A stretch of 64,000 nucleotides of DNA from Octopus sinensis. Its lineage: Eukaryota. Shown here piece after piece: positions 1-13,592 of the stretch. Where the stretch lies: assembly GCF_006345805.1 (NCBI RefSeq), contig NC_042997.1, forward strand, positions 142,538,001-142,602,000, given 5' to 3'. A program made the translations under genes and the position numbers. The notes beneath the pieces are model-generated. The model saw only the letters and a list, made by a program, of their open reading frames with translations, was not told the origin of the DNA and did not search any database. Position 1 is the first letter of the stretch. Every line of letters starts with the position of its first letter.

Positions 1-118
1 ATTCTGTGCATTGAATACAAATACAGTAAAGTCTTATATGTAATATAATGAATTGAAAAATTTCAACTAATTGAGATTATCCATGCAATTAGTAAACAAA
101 AGCATCCTCTAAGAGTGC

Positions 119-300
119 TTAACCCTTTTGGTATTTAAACTGGCCATATCTGGTCAACATATTTTACCTGTTTTATGTACAAAAACTGCCAGATATGGCC
201 TCTCACACCTACCATACAATGTCATTCTAAAAATAAACAATCACATCATCAAAATCTTGAAGCTATGAAATAGTACTTGGTTGATTCTGAAAAGAATTCA
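119..300 (+). mobile_element. piggyBac-type MITE fragment (5' part)
   Basis: Starts TTAACCCTTTTGGTATTTAAACTGGCCATA, colinear with the fuller copy at 48011; right end not found. Confidence 0.5.
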
Positions 301-689
301 GTATAGAAGTGGATCTGGTCTTTAAAGCCAACTGGTAGTAATTAGAGATATTCCAGTCTTATTAAACTTCTTCAACAAAGCATATTGTACTCACTTAGCT
401 AGATTTAAGAGTGATTAATGTATCTATAGAAACAGAGAGAATATAGTGACCATATGAATGTCAGCAGTATGGATGAGAAGTGTTTAAAATCTAAAATCTA
501 ACAAACCAACTGAATGAAATATGCTTTACTGAAAAGGTTTAATAAGATTGGTACATGTCAATTGATTTAATCAACCTTTTTAAAGACCATACCTATTTTC
601 ATACCACATTTTTTTAATATTTGCCATAAATTATTGCTGTATTCAAGAAGACCAGCCCAACACATCAGAATTGACATCCTAAAACCAAG

Positions 690-945
690 GTGCCATGTAA
701 AAGCATTGGTGTGGGTGCTGGTGCCATGTAGAAGCACTAGGGCTGGTGCCACATGGAATGCACTGGTAATGGTGCTACATAACAAGCACCCGTTATTCTC
801 TATAAAATGGTTGGTGTTAGGAAGGGCATCCAGCTGTAGAAATCAAGCCAAAACAGAACCCGGTGTAACCCCTGGCCTTGCCAGCTCCTGTCAAGCCATT
901 CAACCCATACCAGCATGGAAAGCAGACATTAGATGATGATGGTGG
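690..945 (+). mobile_element. SINE family C (RTE-type tail), short-unit variant
   Basis: GGTGCCAYGTAAAAGCAC-type units, then GGTTGGTGTTAGGAAGGGCATCCAGCTGTAGAAA...CCAGCATGGAAAGCAGACATTAGATGATGATG tail shared by many copies. Confidence 0.85.
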
Positions 946-1961
946 TGGTGGTGGTGGTTGTTATTATTAATTTAATAGGTTTATATTCCTTGTTTGCTAA
1001 TTTAAGAATTCGAAGGGTTTTTGCCTACTTTTTGCATGGATACTCTCAGATAAGTAGAGCATTTCAACTTAATGTATTTACTTATATGAAACCTGGCTAT
1101 GATTTTCTATCTCAGCATAGCTTTATATTATAATTCATTGCTTTTGTTGTTTAACCCTAGGCCAGATTTGGTTGAGCAGACCTTGATCAAAGATATTCTG
1201 GCCATGACCACTTTATCCTTTTATTTCAGATATAGTACATTTTGGACTACTTTATTCAACCAATTGTTCTTTTTTCTAATATAATAAAGTATATGATTAG
1301 AGGTTTGGTTGCTTTTTCTAGCATGTTGAACAACCACAGAGAACCCCTACTTTATTTACTTGGTATCAGATCCTTATTAGTTTTCTTGCTTCATTTCTGT
1401 AACTTAATCTACATGATGTCATTTAGCTCCAAGTCACTCAGTCCTGATTGAACAAAACTATAATCAACACCATTCCTGCCATATACCAGGAACTACATTG
1501 TCCATTATGTCTTTTTAAAGAAGAGGAAAGAATCTTGGGAGTATAGCTGGTATTTGTAACAGCTCAAGCTATTTTTTTTAATTCGGAAGATGTCAAAGAC
1601 TTCCTGATATAAACTAATTACTATCACATCAATTATTTTGATTTCATTTCAGAACTTAAGTTTTTCTTTAAGTATTCTCTCATTCTCTCTGTTCACCTCT
1701 TTTTTCCATTATTTCCATTATTTTTAATTATTTCCATTAAAAGGATATATTAATGGCCATTATATACTACTAATTAGTTGTTGCAGGAACTTCTTGTGAC
1801 ATATGAAAATAGCAGTTTGATCGATAGATAAAGCAGTGCCTTTATGTGTCACGTCAAGTTGACATGATTTTCTGAACCTTTTCATTCCAATCTTTCTGTG
1901 TAAGATTTATAACCTTTCATCCATTGAAAAAGAAGTGTAATTGTCAATATACTAGAAGTTG

Positions 1962-2200
1962 GAGGTACATGGCCTATTGGTTAGAGTGTTGGACTCATGA
2001 TTATAAGAGTGTAGTTTTGGTTCCTGAACTGAGTGATATATTGTGTTCTTGTGCATTATACTTCCGTTCACATTGCTTCTTTCCACTAAACTGGAAAAAA
2101 TGATTAGTCCTACAATGGACTAGCATCCCATCCAGGGGAGATATATATATGCCATGGAAATTGGAAAACCAGTCTTATGAGTCTGTATGACTGAGGTAAG
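1962..2200 (+). mobile_element. tRNA-derived SINE family D, degenerate
   Basis: Head TGGCCTATTGGTTAGAGTGTTGGACTCATGAT, TTGTGTTCTTG central box and GGAAATTGGAAAACC..ATGAG tail as in other D copies. Confidence 0.7.
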
Positions 2201-2351
2201 ATATTTAGCCTTTATCCTAATTTCCTAAGGTGCTCCTCCCAGTTTTAAACACTGACTTATCGGGGGATAGGCTTTTATTTTTAAGCTAATAAAACTGTAT
2301 AACACAATTTTTGTCCTTGGGTAGCAACTATTATTTCCTATTTGCCTGCCC

Positions 2352-2712
2352 CTAGAAAGTATGAAAAATGGCTGATATTTCCTTCAAACTTTGCCTTTGT
2401 TACATTTATTTAAACCCCAAAGAATCCCTCTCAACATATGGCCATGATGCTTCCCCACTACTCCTGCTCATGATCAGAGATGCACATACTGTCAGCCACT
2501 AAGGGATATGCTCAAGTGGTTAAAGTCAAGCAAGTGATGAGTGAATCTGTGATATTGAGCAGAATATTTGTTATAATGATATTTCTGCTTCAGCAACTCA
2601 GCCCTGAATCTATCTGAAATGTAATGGAAAAAAGGTCAGTTTCAAAACATTGATGTCCAGGTCACAAAAGTAAAGTTTGAAGGGAATAGTAGCCATTTCC
2701 TTTGATTTCTAG
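2352..2712. mobile_element. Non-autonomous TIR element (MITE), 361 bp
   Basis: 49-bp imperfect terminal inverted repeats 2352-2400 and 2664-2712 (38/49 match), both ending in CTAG; no ORF. Confidence 0.7.
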
Positions 2713-2974
2713 ATGGAAACAAATAAGACATAACACTTACTGACTGAAGACAAAAAAATTTCGTTACCTAGTGGCTAAGGTGGTGCTCCAGCATGTGCAC
2801 AGTCAAATTACTGAAAGAAGTAAAAGAGTAAAAGACTAATCCCAAATCCCTCTGATTTGTCACAAACAAAGAGAAATGAGCTAGGAAGTGGAAAAGATAT
2901 TTAACCTTTTTGATATCAGCCCACCTAAGATTGCATCTAGTTCTATGATACAGAACTATTTTAAAGTATTTTTT

Positions 2975-3383
2975 TAAAAGTCTTTTGTTTGTTTCAGTCA
3001 TTGGACTGCAGCCATGCTAAGACATTGCCTTAAAGGATTTAGTCAAACAAATTGACCACAGTATTTTTTTTTTAAGTTTGGTATTCTTTCCATCAGTCTC
3101 TTTTGTCAAAGTGTCATGTGGATGTAAACAAAACAACACCGGTTGCCAAATGGTAGTTAGGGACAATCATCAAGACATAGACAGACGGACAGACAGGCAG
3201 ACACACACACACACATACATACAAAAGGGTCCCGCATAGTTTCCCCTCTACCATATCCACTCGTAAAGTATTGGTCAACCCAGGGCTACTGTAGAGGACA
3301 CTCGCTCAAGATGCTGCAGAGTAGGACTGAACTTAAAAGCATATGGTTGCAAGGCAAGCTTTTTAACCACACAGCCATGCTTG
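2975..3383 (-). mobile_element. tRNA-derived SINE family B
   Basis: Reverse complement gives GGCTGTGTGGTTAAAAAGCTTGCC head, internal CA/GT microsatellite and GACTGAAACAA tail. Confidence 0.85.
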
Positions 3384-4429
3384 TGAATGTATATTGCCTG
3401 TATGTTGTGTATGTATGTATGTTTGAAGGTTGAAAAGCAAAGTAGCCTTCAGAAGAATATGAACTCGCAATATAAGAGGTATTCTGCTAAGTACTGTGAG
3501 ACATTTTGCTTGGCACTCTATTGATTTTTGCCAATTCACAGCCTTAGGAGCGATGAAAAACAAAACAGAAAATTAATGTAAAATAAAACCAGGAAAAGAA
3601 AAAGAGAAGAAAAAGAAGTTAAGAATTAATGAAGATGTGAAATCTTTGCTATATTTATTAGCAGTATTATTGATTTAATGATGAGATATTGACCAAGACT
3701 ATGGAGAGTAGAAAGCTACTGCAAATAAAGAGTATTAGTGGGAGAACAGGAGAAGAAGCATTCAAATTAGATGTAGACATGGAAATAGAGAGGATGAGAG
3801 AAATAATGTGATCTTAGCAACTGAAAAACAAGAGGATTTGAAGATGTGTTATCAATGGTCAGTATGTGTACTGCAGGTTAACTAAAGAGGTACTTGGCAT
3901 TGTATTATTTTTTTTCCTGTATCTTTTAGCAGGGATAGAAGGCAGTACCCCTAATCCTTTATAGGGCCTCTAAGACTGGTGGCATAGGGGAATATGGAGA
4001 ACAGTATCCTTAAACACACACCTGTTTTGGTGCATGCCTGTATAACATTGCTGATTCAATGCTGACTTATTTGACATCAGATGTTTTAATGTTTCTCTTG
4101 TTCTTTCTTTCTCTCCCCCTCTCTCTCTCTCTCTCCCTTTTTCCATCTTCCTCACTCCTCTTTCCTCTCTCATTTCCCTCTCTCTGTTTATGTTTGAGCA
4201 TCTAGTTATGTTTGTATGTGTCTATAATGGTCTCTCTCTCTCCCCCTTTCTCTCTCACTATCTTTATCTGTATGTAAATATTTTTGTGTGTGAATGCATT
4301 TGCCTCCCATGCCAAAACATACTATCACCAAATAATCAGTATCCAAATTGCTGCATCCAATCATCTTATTCTATCCCTAAACGGGAGACTTGGCCAGAAT
4401 TCTTGCAACAGAGTGGACTCTGTTAAAGG

Positions 4430-4899
4430 CACCAATGATACCAAGTAGTGATGCTAAGCCAAGTGATGGATTAAGTCTATCAGCTAAGTATACCTTGGTG
4501 GGATTTAAACTCAGGATGTAAAGAGCCAAAACAAATACTGCTAGGCGTCTGGTTTGATATTCTTACTGTTCGAAATGAGGAAAAGCAAAGTTGAACTTGG
4601 TGGGATTTGAACTCAAAGTACAGAGATTGGAACAAATTCAGTACTCTAATAACTCATCCAATAAATGATATACTTAGAAAGAATCTTTTCTGCTCTAGGC
4701 ACAAGGCCCAAAATTTTGCAGAGGAGGGGCCTAGTCAATTAGATTGACCACAGTGCGCAACTAGTACTTAATTTATCAGCCCTGAAAGGATGAAACTCTA
4801 AGTCGACCTTGGTGGAATTTGAACTCAGAACATAAAGACAAATGAAATATCGCTAAGCATTTCTACTGGTGTGCTAACATTTCTGCCAGCTCACCGCCT
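4430..4899 (-). mobile_element. SINE family A: one near-full copy (4683-4899) plus two degenerate partial copies
   Basis: GGCGGTGAGCTGGCAGAAATGTTAGC head, GAGTTCAAATTCC B-box and GTCGACTT..TTTCATCCTTTC core on the - strand; GGATTTRAACTC recurs near 4500 and 4603. Confidence 0.85.
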
Positions 4900-4939
4900 T
4901 GAGATAATCAAAGAGATTGTACAACCAATTTTATATGTT

Positions 4940-5190
4940 TCTGTTATTTAGTCTTAGGTCAGGCTTGATTGGGTTTTTGCTGCCGCTGTTTAGTATCAGG
5001 TCAGCCTTGATCAAGCAGATCTATAATCAAAGATAATCCAGTTATGATCACCTGGTCTTTTTTTTTTTTTGTATTTTTTCAGGCAAAGGATATCTAGGTT
5101 ACATTATCCAATGCATCCTTTCTTTTATGAGATAGTATGATGTGTTTTGAGAGAATTGGGATATTATTTCTAGCAGAGCAAACAATTATA
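4940..5190 (+). repeat. Unclassified interspersed repeat (family E)
   Basis: AGGTCAGCCTTGATCAAGCAGATCTAT and ATTTCTAGCAG blocks recur near 1150-1240, 29700-29880, 53940-54230 and (reverse) 23770-23830, 57080-57180. Confidence 0.55.
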
Positions 5191-6537
5191 TAGAGTCTTT
5201 TACATTTGTTTGATTTTGCACCTAACTTTGTAGCACAAGTGGAGCTTTGTCAAATGAATGGCTGTATATTGCATTACATACTGCAAGCTATAGAGTTGAA
5301 CAATTGTTCACCTTGAAATAAATAGCAAGTAAAGTAAGATAAACACAAAGGGAAAAAAATAAAGCAGTGGAATGTCAGGAAGTTGATATGAGGATATAAC
5401 TACGAATGAATGGCAAAAATAAGAATGGGATACTGAAGGCAAAAGTTGCAATGTAGATTCTATAATGGGTATTGGAGAAGCAATGTTCCTTTCATATTCA
5501 CAATGCAAAGATAAAAGCTGTATGATACAGCTGAAAAAGAGCTGATAAAGTCTAAAATCAGTCAAGTAGTTATAAATCATTATAAACCACTAAATTGATA
5601 AGAAAAAGTCTGAAAACACAAAAATATAATGTATTTTTGAATGTAGATGTCAATGAGATTTCAGTTGAACTTGCTTTACTATTTCATAATTTTCGTCAAC
5701 TACAAAATCACAAACAGTAAGGAAACATTTCAAATATATGTATAATTTCCTGACATAATTTATTTCAGTTTACCTGTTTAGTCATTTGTATCACTAATTG
5801 AAGGTTAAATCTTGATGCAAATTTTTTTTCCCCCTTATTGTTTTAGCTTTGCCCCGTGTACAAAGTCACACCCCAGTTTTTTTTAGTTAAAATCAAGCAT
5901 AAAATAGGCGCAACTTTTGCAGGCAGTTTGTGAAGAACTATGTTTGTTAGTTACATGATTCCAAAGGACTAGTGATTGAGTCACTGCATTTCTGTTAACA
6001 AGAATAATATGGGAGTATTTGTATTTCGGGGCAAAGAACTGCAATCAAAGAGTACTGTTATTGTTTACTATTATTGTTTCTTTTTCTCTAATGTTTACAT
6101 CTATCACTGATATACATCAACAAAAGATATATGCAATGATATATTCATAGAAACTGATTAACACATACACATATGTGCACACACACACACACACTCCTAT
6201 ACGTAGATACAGGCATGGCTGTGTGGTTCAGAAGTTTGTTTCCCACCTGCATAGCACCTTGGGCAAGTGTCTTCTATAATAACCCCTGACTGACGAAAAC
6301 CTTGTGGTTGGACATAGTAGACAGAAACTGGAAGAAGCCTATCTTATATATGTATGTGTGTGTACTTGTTTCTCCTTGTCTCAACATTGTGTAATTGTTG
6401 CCAATATTCTACAAAAACATGTCTAGCCATAGAGAATTATTACCTTGCTTGTGAAAGCCAGCCCTTACATAAACCAAGTGGGAATATAGATAGCAACAAA
6501 GAATTGACAGAGGGAAGTTGTTGCATCTTGCATTTAC

Positions 6538-6945
6538 TCTTTTACTCTTTTATCTGTTTGTCATTTGACTGTGGCCATACTGGAGCACCGCCTTTAGTCA
6601 AGCAAATTGACCCCAGGACTTATTCTTTGTAAGCCTAGTACTTATTCTATCGGTCTCTAGTTACGCTAAGTTATGGCGACATAAACACACCAGCATCGGT
6701 TGTCAAGCGATGTTGGGGTGGACAAACACAGACACACAAGCATATGCACACACGTACATATACATATATATACATATATACGACGGGCTTCTTTCAGTTT
6801 CCATCTACCAAATCCACTCACAAGGCTTTGGTCAGCCCGAGGCTATAGTAGAGGACACTTGCCCAAGGTGCCACGCAGTGGAACTGAACCCAGAACCATG
6901 TAGTTGGTAAGCAAGCTACTTACCACACAGCCACTCCTACGCCTA
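6538..6945 (-). mobile_element. SINE family B, near full length
   Basis: Reverse complement begins AGGCGTAGGAGTGGCTGTGTGGTAAGTAGCTTGC with GGTTCTGGGTTCAGTTCC B-box region; colinear with 56045-56510. Confidence 0.92.
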
Positions 6946-8558
6946 TATATTTGTTAATATTTTCTTCAAATTTTCCTTTTGACTTCAAAAAGATCAGCTC
7001 CAGTGATGGTACATATAGTGACACCCATAGAGAAAGACTGGAGAAGACATGAATTCACAGGAATAGTTGGTCAAATCAAATCTGAGATAGTTAAACAAAA
7101 TGGATCAAATCTTAGGTAGTGTGTCCACTACCCTAGATCCAATCTGTGGTAGTGAAAAAAAAATGTACTAAGTGATAATAAGCTGTATGACAAATCCATC
7201 TAATTCATCCCGGGCAGTAAATCATGTTAAAATTATCATGGTATATCTGTTGTGATGAGTAATTCTTCTGTTACTTCTACTGCTGTATTAGATAGTTTTA
7301 ATATTCATAGCTGAGTCTCCTCTATTGTTCGGTTACTAGTGTGTTCAATAAATTGGTTTTAGGAAAACAGGATAGATATGCATCGTTATGATCTAAACAT
7401 TTGTTAAAGATTTTGTTTATATTTTCTGTCTTCTGCTATTTGCTTTTATCAGTCCCTTATTTAATTTATGCAATATTTCACTTTATTTATAGAATAATTT
7501 CTTTAGACATTCCTTTTGGAATTTCTTTCTATATCCCTTTTGGAATTTCTTTCTATATCCCTTTGCATTCATTCTTACATTCATGTCTAATAATATTTTT
7601 GAATAGACTCAATTTTTCTCCCCCCAAAAAAATAATAATAAATAAATAAAACACAGATGCACAATAAACTACATGCACACACATAGACACAACTGCATGT
7701 ACACACATACACACACACACGGATGGATAGAGGCACACACACACACACATGAACATACATACTTGCATGTATACTTGATTAAATGCTATAGTTAGCTGTA
7801 GTTAGAAGTTAGATAGATAGAATGGTGTATTGAAATTAACATGTTTTAATATACCATGTTCTTTATTCAAATTGGATCTCAATTCAAAAGAACCAAAATT
7901 CAATTATCTTACATTGAACTGTTCGGCCTTGTTAACCTTTTTCAGGTGAATGATATGTATTTGTTACAGTGATTAATTATATGAGTGCAATACCCTATCT
8001 AAATCCATTTTCTGAAAATTTTCCATTCGAGAATAGACTTCCAGTTAATCAAAATTTCATTATTGCATTAAAATTGCAAAATTTATTTATAGTTTTCAGC
8101 CATTTCTAACTTATTTGTCATCTAATAACAAATTTATGACATTCTAAAGAATAAAGTATTGTGGGAAAACATTACTTTATTGCAGGAAATGTATAATAAA
8201 AAGTTATGTCAGTGTTTTTCTACTGTGGATTGGTAGAATCATTACAGCATCAAACAAGTTCTGGTGTAAACTAAATTGGCTATACTCTGGTCCCCAATTT
8301 TAGTCCACATGTAGATTTTCCTTAGTCCTTTTCATAACCATTCCATCTGTGACAGCCTCTGGTTTTCATACAAAACCTACCATTTCAAGGCCTTCATATT
8401 CCACTTAAAATCTCCCATCATAGTTTTATGTAAGATTCATTATGCTATGTTCCATATTTCTACTTAATACCAAAGTGGTCATTTTACTAAATCCTTCCAA
8501 ATCTCTTTCGTTATTTTCAAGATTGGGCAGTGTATTTCATCAGAAAAACAATCACAAA

Positions 8559-8730
8559 TTAACCCTTTTAATACCAACCCACCCGTGGCCACCCTGGATC
8601 TGTCAAACAAATTTCCTGTTTTAAATTCATCTAAATTAAACTTATCAAAATTCCATGTTAATTTATGTTCTAAAATATCGTTTTTAAAATTAATTGAAAC
8701 AGAAGCAGTGTATTTCAACAGAAAAATAGA
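8559..8730 (+). mobile_element. TTAA-terminal (piggyBac-type) MITE fragment
   Basis: TTAACCCTTTTAATACCAACCC start; similar to the reverse complement of 22050-22237 and to the block at about 8400-8550. Confidence 0.45.
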
Positions 8731-9317
8731 AATGAAAGGATTAAACTAAGAGAGAAGCTTATGTTGTAACTATGTTGATAATTCCTTAGTATGTGTGTAT
8801 GAACATATCTAAATATTAAAGTCTATTAAATGACTCTAACAGCTATCTCACTTATAAGACAAAAATATTTGAACAGTAATTTTGTTCCTTTGAACAGAAA
8901 AGTTATTTTTACAAACCATTCTAGATTTCAAGAGAATTTGCTTCATTTTCATGTTGTCTAAGATTGTATGAGTTGAGTGGAAGAGCCTAGAGGAATTCTG
9001 ACACTGAAGCCACCAAATATGATTATCTTGGAGAGTAGAAAAGTATGATTGATGACCTCGCTAAAAGGAATAAAATGATCAAAAAGCTGGTTACTGTTTG
9101 TACTTTGACCCTTGTAGAAAATGCTGTACATCTTAACTAACTTAGAAAATTCATTCATTTAGCACTATGCTTATCCTTTGTTCTGTTTATGAAACAGACA
9201 TTATCCATTTGCTCTATGTTCTTCCAGTAATTAACTTTCTTAGCAGTGACTCTCTTACAAAATTCAGTATTTTTACAACTTACATTATTGCCAATTCTAT
9301 TTTATGTACAACTACAC

Positions 9318-9750
9318 AGGCACAGGCATGGCTGTGTAGTAAGGAGTTTGTTTCCCAACCACATGGTTTCAGGTTCAGTCCCACTGCATGGCACCTTGGG
9401 CAGGTGTTTGTTTTACTACAGCCCTGTGCCAATCAAAACCTTGTCAGCGGATTTGGCAGATGGAAATTAAAAGAAGACCATCATGTGTATATATTTATGT
9501 TTGACAGATCATCACATGATATATTTATGTTTGACAGAGCATCACATGATAGTTATAAACAAGTGTTATTGTTACACAAGCAGTGTCCTTTGTTTCCAAT
9601 CTTCCATGAACCATGTCTGACTATGGTGGAAATATTAACTTACATGGAAACAAGTGAGGATTAGCAACAGAAAGGGCATCTGGCTGTAGAAAATCCATTT
9701 CAACAAATTCCATTTGACCATGCAATCATGGAAAAGTGGTGATGATGATG
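9318..9750 (+). mobile_element. SINE family B head joined to an RTE-type tail
   Basis: GGCATGGCTGTGTAGTAAG head and B body, then AGAAAGGGCATCTGGCTGTAGAAAATC...CATGGAAAAGTGGTGATGATG tail; internal ~33-bp tandem duplication near 9497-9550. Confidence 0.8.
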
Positions 9751-10164
9751 ACGATGCACAATTTTTCTATTATTGTGGTACATTTGTTAATTTCTTGGCA
9801 GCCATGATTATCAAATTTTGTGCTCTGTAAGCATCACCAAATTCATAAGCCCTGATGATATTTCATCTATTCTCTGAAATAATGCCTGTAAGATAATTCT
9901 GAAATTTGAACCTGATAAAAAACATCAACTTGTATTTCTTTTTTTATAATTTGTATTTTATCAAGGTTTTGAATTAAGCTCTCTTCATTTTGATTTGATA
10001 TTTGAAATTTCCACAAAGATTCAAACTATTGTTTGTCTGTAGAAATATCAGTCAACTGATGTTATAATTTATTCAAAAGATGTCTGTGACATATTTTCAG
10101 AAGAACTTGTAAATTTATTTGAAAAGTCTATCGAAGTAGGATTGATAATGAACATAGGTGAAAA

Positions 10165-10495
10165 GATGGCTATATGGTTAAGAAGCTCACTTCCCAACCA
10201 CATGGTCTTGAGTTCAGTCCCACTGCATGGTACCTTAGGCAAGTGTATTTTAATATAGTTCTAGGCTGACCAGTGTCTTGTGAGTGAATTTGGTAGATGA
10301 AAACTGTATGTGGAGAAGCCTTTCATTATATCTACATATGTTTGTTCCCTCCCTACCATTGCTTGACAACTGCTTTTAGTTTCTCTATAACCCTATAACT
10401 TAGTGGTTTGGCATAAGAAACCGGTGGAAAAAAGTAACAGATTTCAAAATAAGTACTGGAGTCGATCTGTTCAACTAAAACTCTTCAAGAGTAGT
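10165..10495 (+). mobile_element. SINE family B, degenerate
   Basis: TGGCTATATGGTTAAGAAGC head, TGAGTTCAGTCCCACTGC, TTGACAACTG and AAGTACTGGAGTCGATC blocks. Confidence 0.8.
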
Positions 10496-10499
10496 AAGT

Positions 10500-11460
10500 T
10501 ACATCACTACCCCCATCACCCCATGCTCAAATAGGTACTCATTTTATTAACCCCAAAAGGATGAGAGGCACGGCAGAATTTGAACTCGGATTATAAAGCA
10601 GGAAGAAATGCCATGAAACATTTAGTCTTGTGTGCTAATGATTCTGCCAGCCTGCAACCTTAATAATAGTAATAGTAATAATAATGATGATGATGATGAT
10701 GCCGATGACGACGATTTCTAATATAGGACATAAAGCCAGAAATTTTGGGGAAGGGGATAATTTAATTTATCATCCCCAGTACTAGATTGGTAATTATATC
10801 ATTGACCTGAAAAGATGAAAGGCAAAGTCATCCCCAGTGAAATTGAACTCAGAATGTGAAGACAGATGAAATGCCACTAATGCTAACAATTCTACCAGTT
10901 TGCCACCTTAATCATCATCATCATCATTTGGTAATAATAATCCTTTCTACTATAAGCACAAAGCCTAACATTTTTGAGGAGTGGATAAGTCAATTACATC
11001 AACCCCAGTGCTTTAAAGGTAAAGTTGACCATGGCAGAATTTGAATGCAGAATGTGAAGAAGGACAAAATTCCATTAAGAATTTTGCTCAAGGTGCTAAC
11101 AATTCTGCCAGCTTGCCACCTTAAGAGCAGCAATTTTGGGAGAGGAGATGAGTTGATTACATCGACCCCAGTGTTCAACTGGTAAGTCTTTAATTGACCC
11201 TGGAAGGATGAAAGACAAAGTCAACCTTGGTGGACTTTGAACTGAGAATGCAAAGATTGAGAAAATACTGCTAAGCATTTTGCCCGGAGTGCTAATGATT
11301 CTGCCAACTTGCAAGAAGAAGAAGAATGATTATAATGGTTTCAAATTTTGGCACAAGGCCAACAATTTTGGGGAGGGGACAAGTCGATTACATTGACCCC
11401 AGTACTTGACTGGTACTTATTTTATCCACCCTGGGAGGATGAAAAGTAAAGTTGACCTTG
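10500..11460 (-). mobile_element. Five co-oriented SINE family A copies, head to tail
   Basis: Five occurrences of the AATTTGAACTC/GCTAATGATTCTGCCA block (about 10500, 10715, 10943, 11128, 11335), several separated by (TAA)n/(TGA)n/(GAA)n tails. Confidence 0.88.
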
Positions 11461-11465
11461 GCGGT

Positions 11466-11785
11466 GCTGGTGGCACGTAAAAGCACCATCCGAATGTGGT
11501 CGATGCCAGCCCCCCGCTCCGACTGGCTCCTGTGCCGGTGGCATGTAAATAGTACCATCCAAACGTGGCCAATGCCAGTTGCCACCTGACTGGCTCCTAT
11601 GCCAGTGGCATGTAGAAAGCACCCACTGCACTCTCAGAGTGGTTGGTGTTAGGAAGGGCATCCAGCTGTAGAAACATTGCCAGATCAGATTGGAGCCTAG
11701 TGCATCCTCCTGGCTTGCCAGTCTCCAGACTTACCATCCAACCCATTCCAGCATGGAAAACGGACGTTAAACAATGATCATGATG
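11466..11785 (+). mobile_element. SINE family C with two 67-68-bp internal units
   Basis: TGGCAYGTA unit heads at 11471, 11539, 11606, then the shared GGAAGGGCATCCAGCTGTAGAAAC...CATGGAAAACGGACGTTAAA tail. Confidence 0.9.
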
Positions 11786-13149
11786 AAGGTAAGCATTTTG
11801 TCTGGCATGCTAATGATTCTGCCAACTCACTGCCTCAAGAAGAAGAAAGAAAATGATAATATTTAGAACAATAATCAGTGGTGTCTACTTCTGCTAGAAT
11901 GATTGAATATTGGCAAGTTGATTATTTGGAAAGAAACATTGGCACAACAGACAGGTTTTAATTATCTACTTTATTGTCATCTTTTTCGTCTTGCCATTAA
12001 AATTACTAGCTATGGAAGCATGTTGACTTATGTATATAGAATAAGCATACTGTAGAACATTAATTCATTATTTCTTTGGTATCTGATATGAAACCAACTC
12101 GCAATACATTTACTATTCAAATATATGAACAGCTGAATATCACCTTCCATATTGCTTTTTTTTATGTTTTGTTTTGTTTTGTTGTTTCTTTAAGACATAA
12201 CAAGCTTTTACTGAAAAAAAGTTGATGTCAATATTTACATCTTTTTCCTTGCTGTCTATTCTCACTTCTTTCTTTTTAATAATTTTTAGTTGCATCACCT
12301 AAATGTTTTTCATTATAACACAATATTAGTTTTTTTTCTTTAACATTTATTTTTCAGTTTTTAATGTTTGTTGAAGCAGAAACCAAACTTATAACTATTA
12401 TTAAGTTAAATATTTGTTTCCATTTATTCACAGATACTCACCACTATTAGGTCGCTTTTTTTCTTTGTATTTTATTTATTTATTTTGTCTTTTCTTGTAA
12501 CTGTTTTTTCATGATTCCAAGAAGATAGTTATTTATCTTTCAAGTTAATGCATGTTGTGAAATTTTTCCCTTGTAGTATATAAATTAACCCTTGCTTACT
12601 CTTACTTCATTCCAAATTCGACTCGCCATATTTTTTTTTTTTTGCAGGATTTTCTCAGTTAATCTTTTTCCTTATTTTTTATATTTCCTCTGTACAACCA
12701 TTAAAACTTTAAAATCTAAATTTTTGTGACTTTTATGTTCATGTAAGCATTTTTATGTCACTATGTCTACCACCATTATCTTTTATGTTTGTAAATCCTT
12801 GTTGAGTTTATGTACCTTTCTTTATGCATGTTCTTGTGTTGCTATGTTAATTTATCATATTTTTTTTTCTTTATAAAAACCTGTTTGCATTATGCACATT
12901 CTTTATTTCATTGTCAAATTAACATCAAAACAAAAAAAGAAAAACTGTCTTCTCATGAATGCAATCTCTGAATGCTGATCAAAGTACAGCATTTATTAAA
13001 ATAGTCCAAACTCAGCTAAACAAATATTTAGTAGAAAATAAGAAGATATAACTTAAGAAGAAATGCAATCCTTATTAAAGCATCTCTTAAATTGTTTGCT
13101 TTCTACAATTATGTCAAACAAATAGAAAGCATCATCATAATTATTGTTT

Positions 13150-13592
13150 TGATGTTTACTTTTCTATGACTGCATAGGTCAGACAAAATTTGTTAAGGCA
13201 GATTTTCTGTAACTGGATGCTCTTCCTGTCTCCAACCCTCACCTTTACCAAGCAATCTATTTTTCACCAGTCTGGATGTATATTCATGGAAGATTGCATA
13301 CAAACAAGACTGCTTGTATGATAGTGATGTTTACATTTATAGTTATGTATCTATCTGTCTGTCTACTTTTTGTTTTGTAATTAGTTAACTAATTACATTT
13401 TGTTTTGTAATTAGTTAACTTTCAATCAGTAACAGGTTATCTGTCTGTCTGTCAACTCACACAACAGACTTCTTTTTCAGTTTCTGTATATCAGATTCAC
13501 TCACAAGGTTTTGATTTGTCCAAGACTGTAGTGAAAGATACTCATGGTACCATGCAGTGGAGCTGAATCAGAATCTACCACTCAGCCATGCC
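13150..13592 (-). mobile_element. SINE B head with RTE-type tail, interrupted by a 73-bp insert
   Basis: B head at about 13460-13592, tail at about 13150-13340; insert 13365-13437 lies in the central TCTG microsatellite. Confidence 0.7.

Noticed and set aside
7511-7565. Short tandem duplication (~25-bp unit); similar ones near 9497-9550 and 33984-34035
   Set aside because: Ordinary slippage duplications.
9167-9664. Longest ORF in the track (165 aa)
   Set aside because: Runs through a SINE; no protein motif.
10043-10157. 115-nt exon-like frame KYQSTDVIIY...EVGLIMNI
   Set aside because: The donor coincides with the start of a SINE B head; the peptide only faintly resembles an RT motif (VGL.MNI); neither reading is supportable.
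12194-12660. Several pyrimidine-tract AGs suggesting microexons
   Set aside because: No convincing donor follows, and lengths are not frame-preserving.
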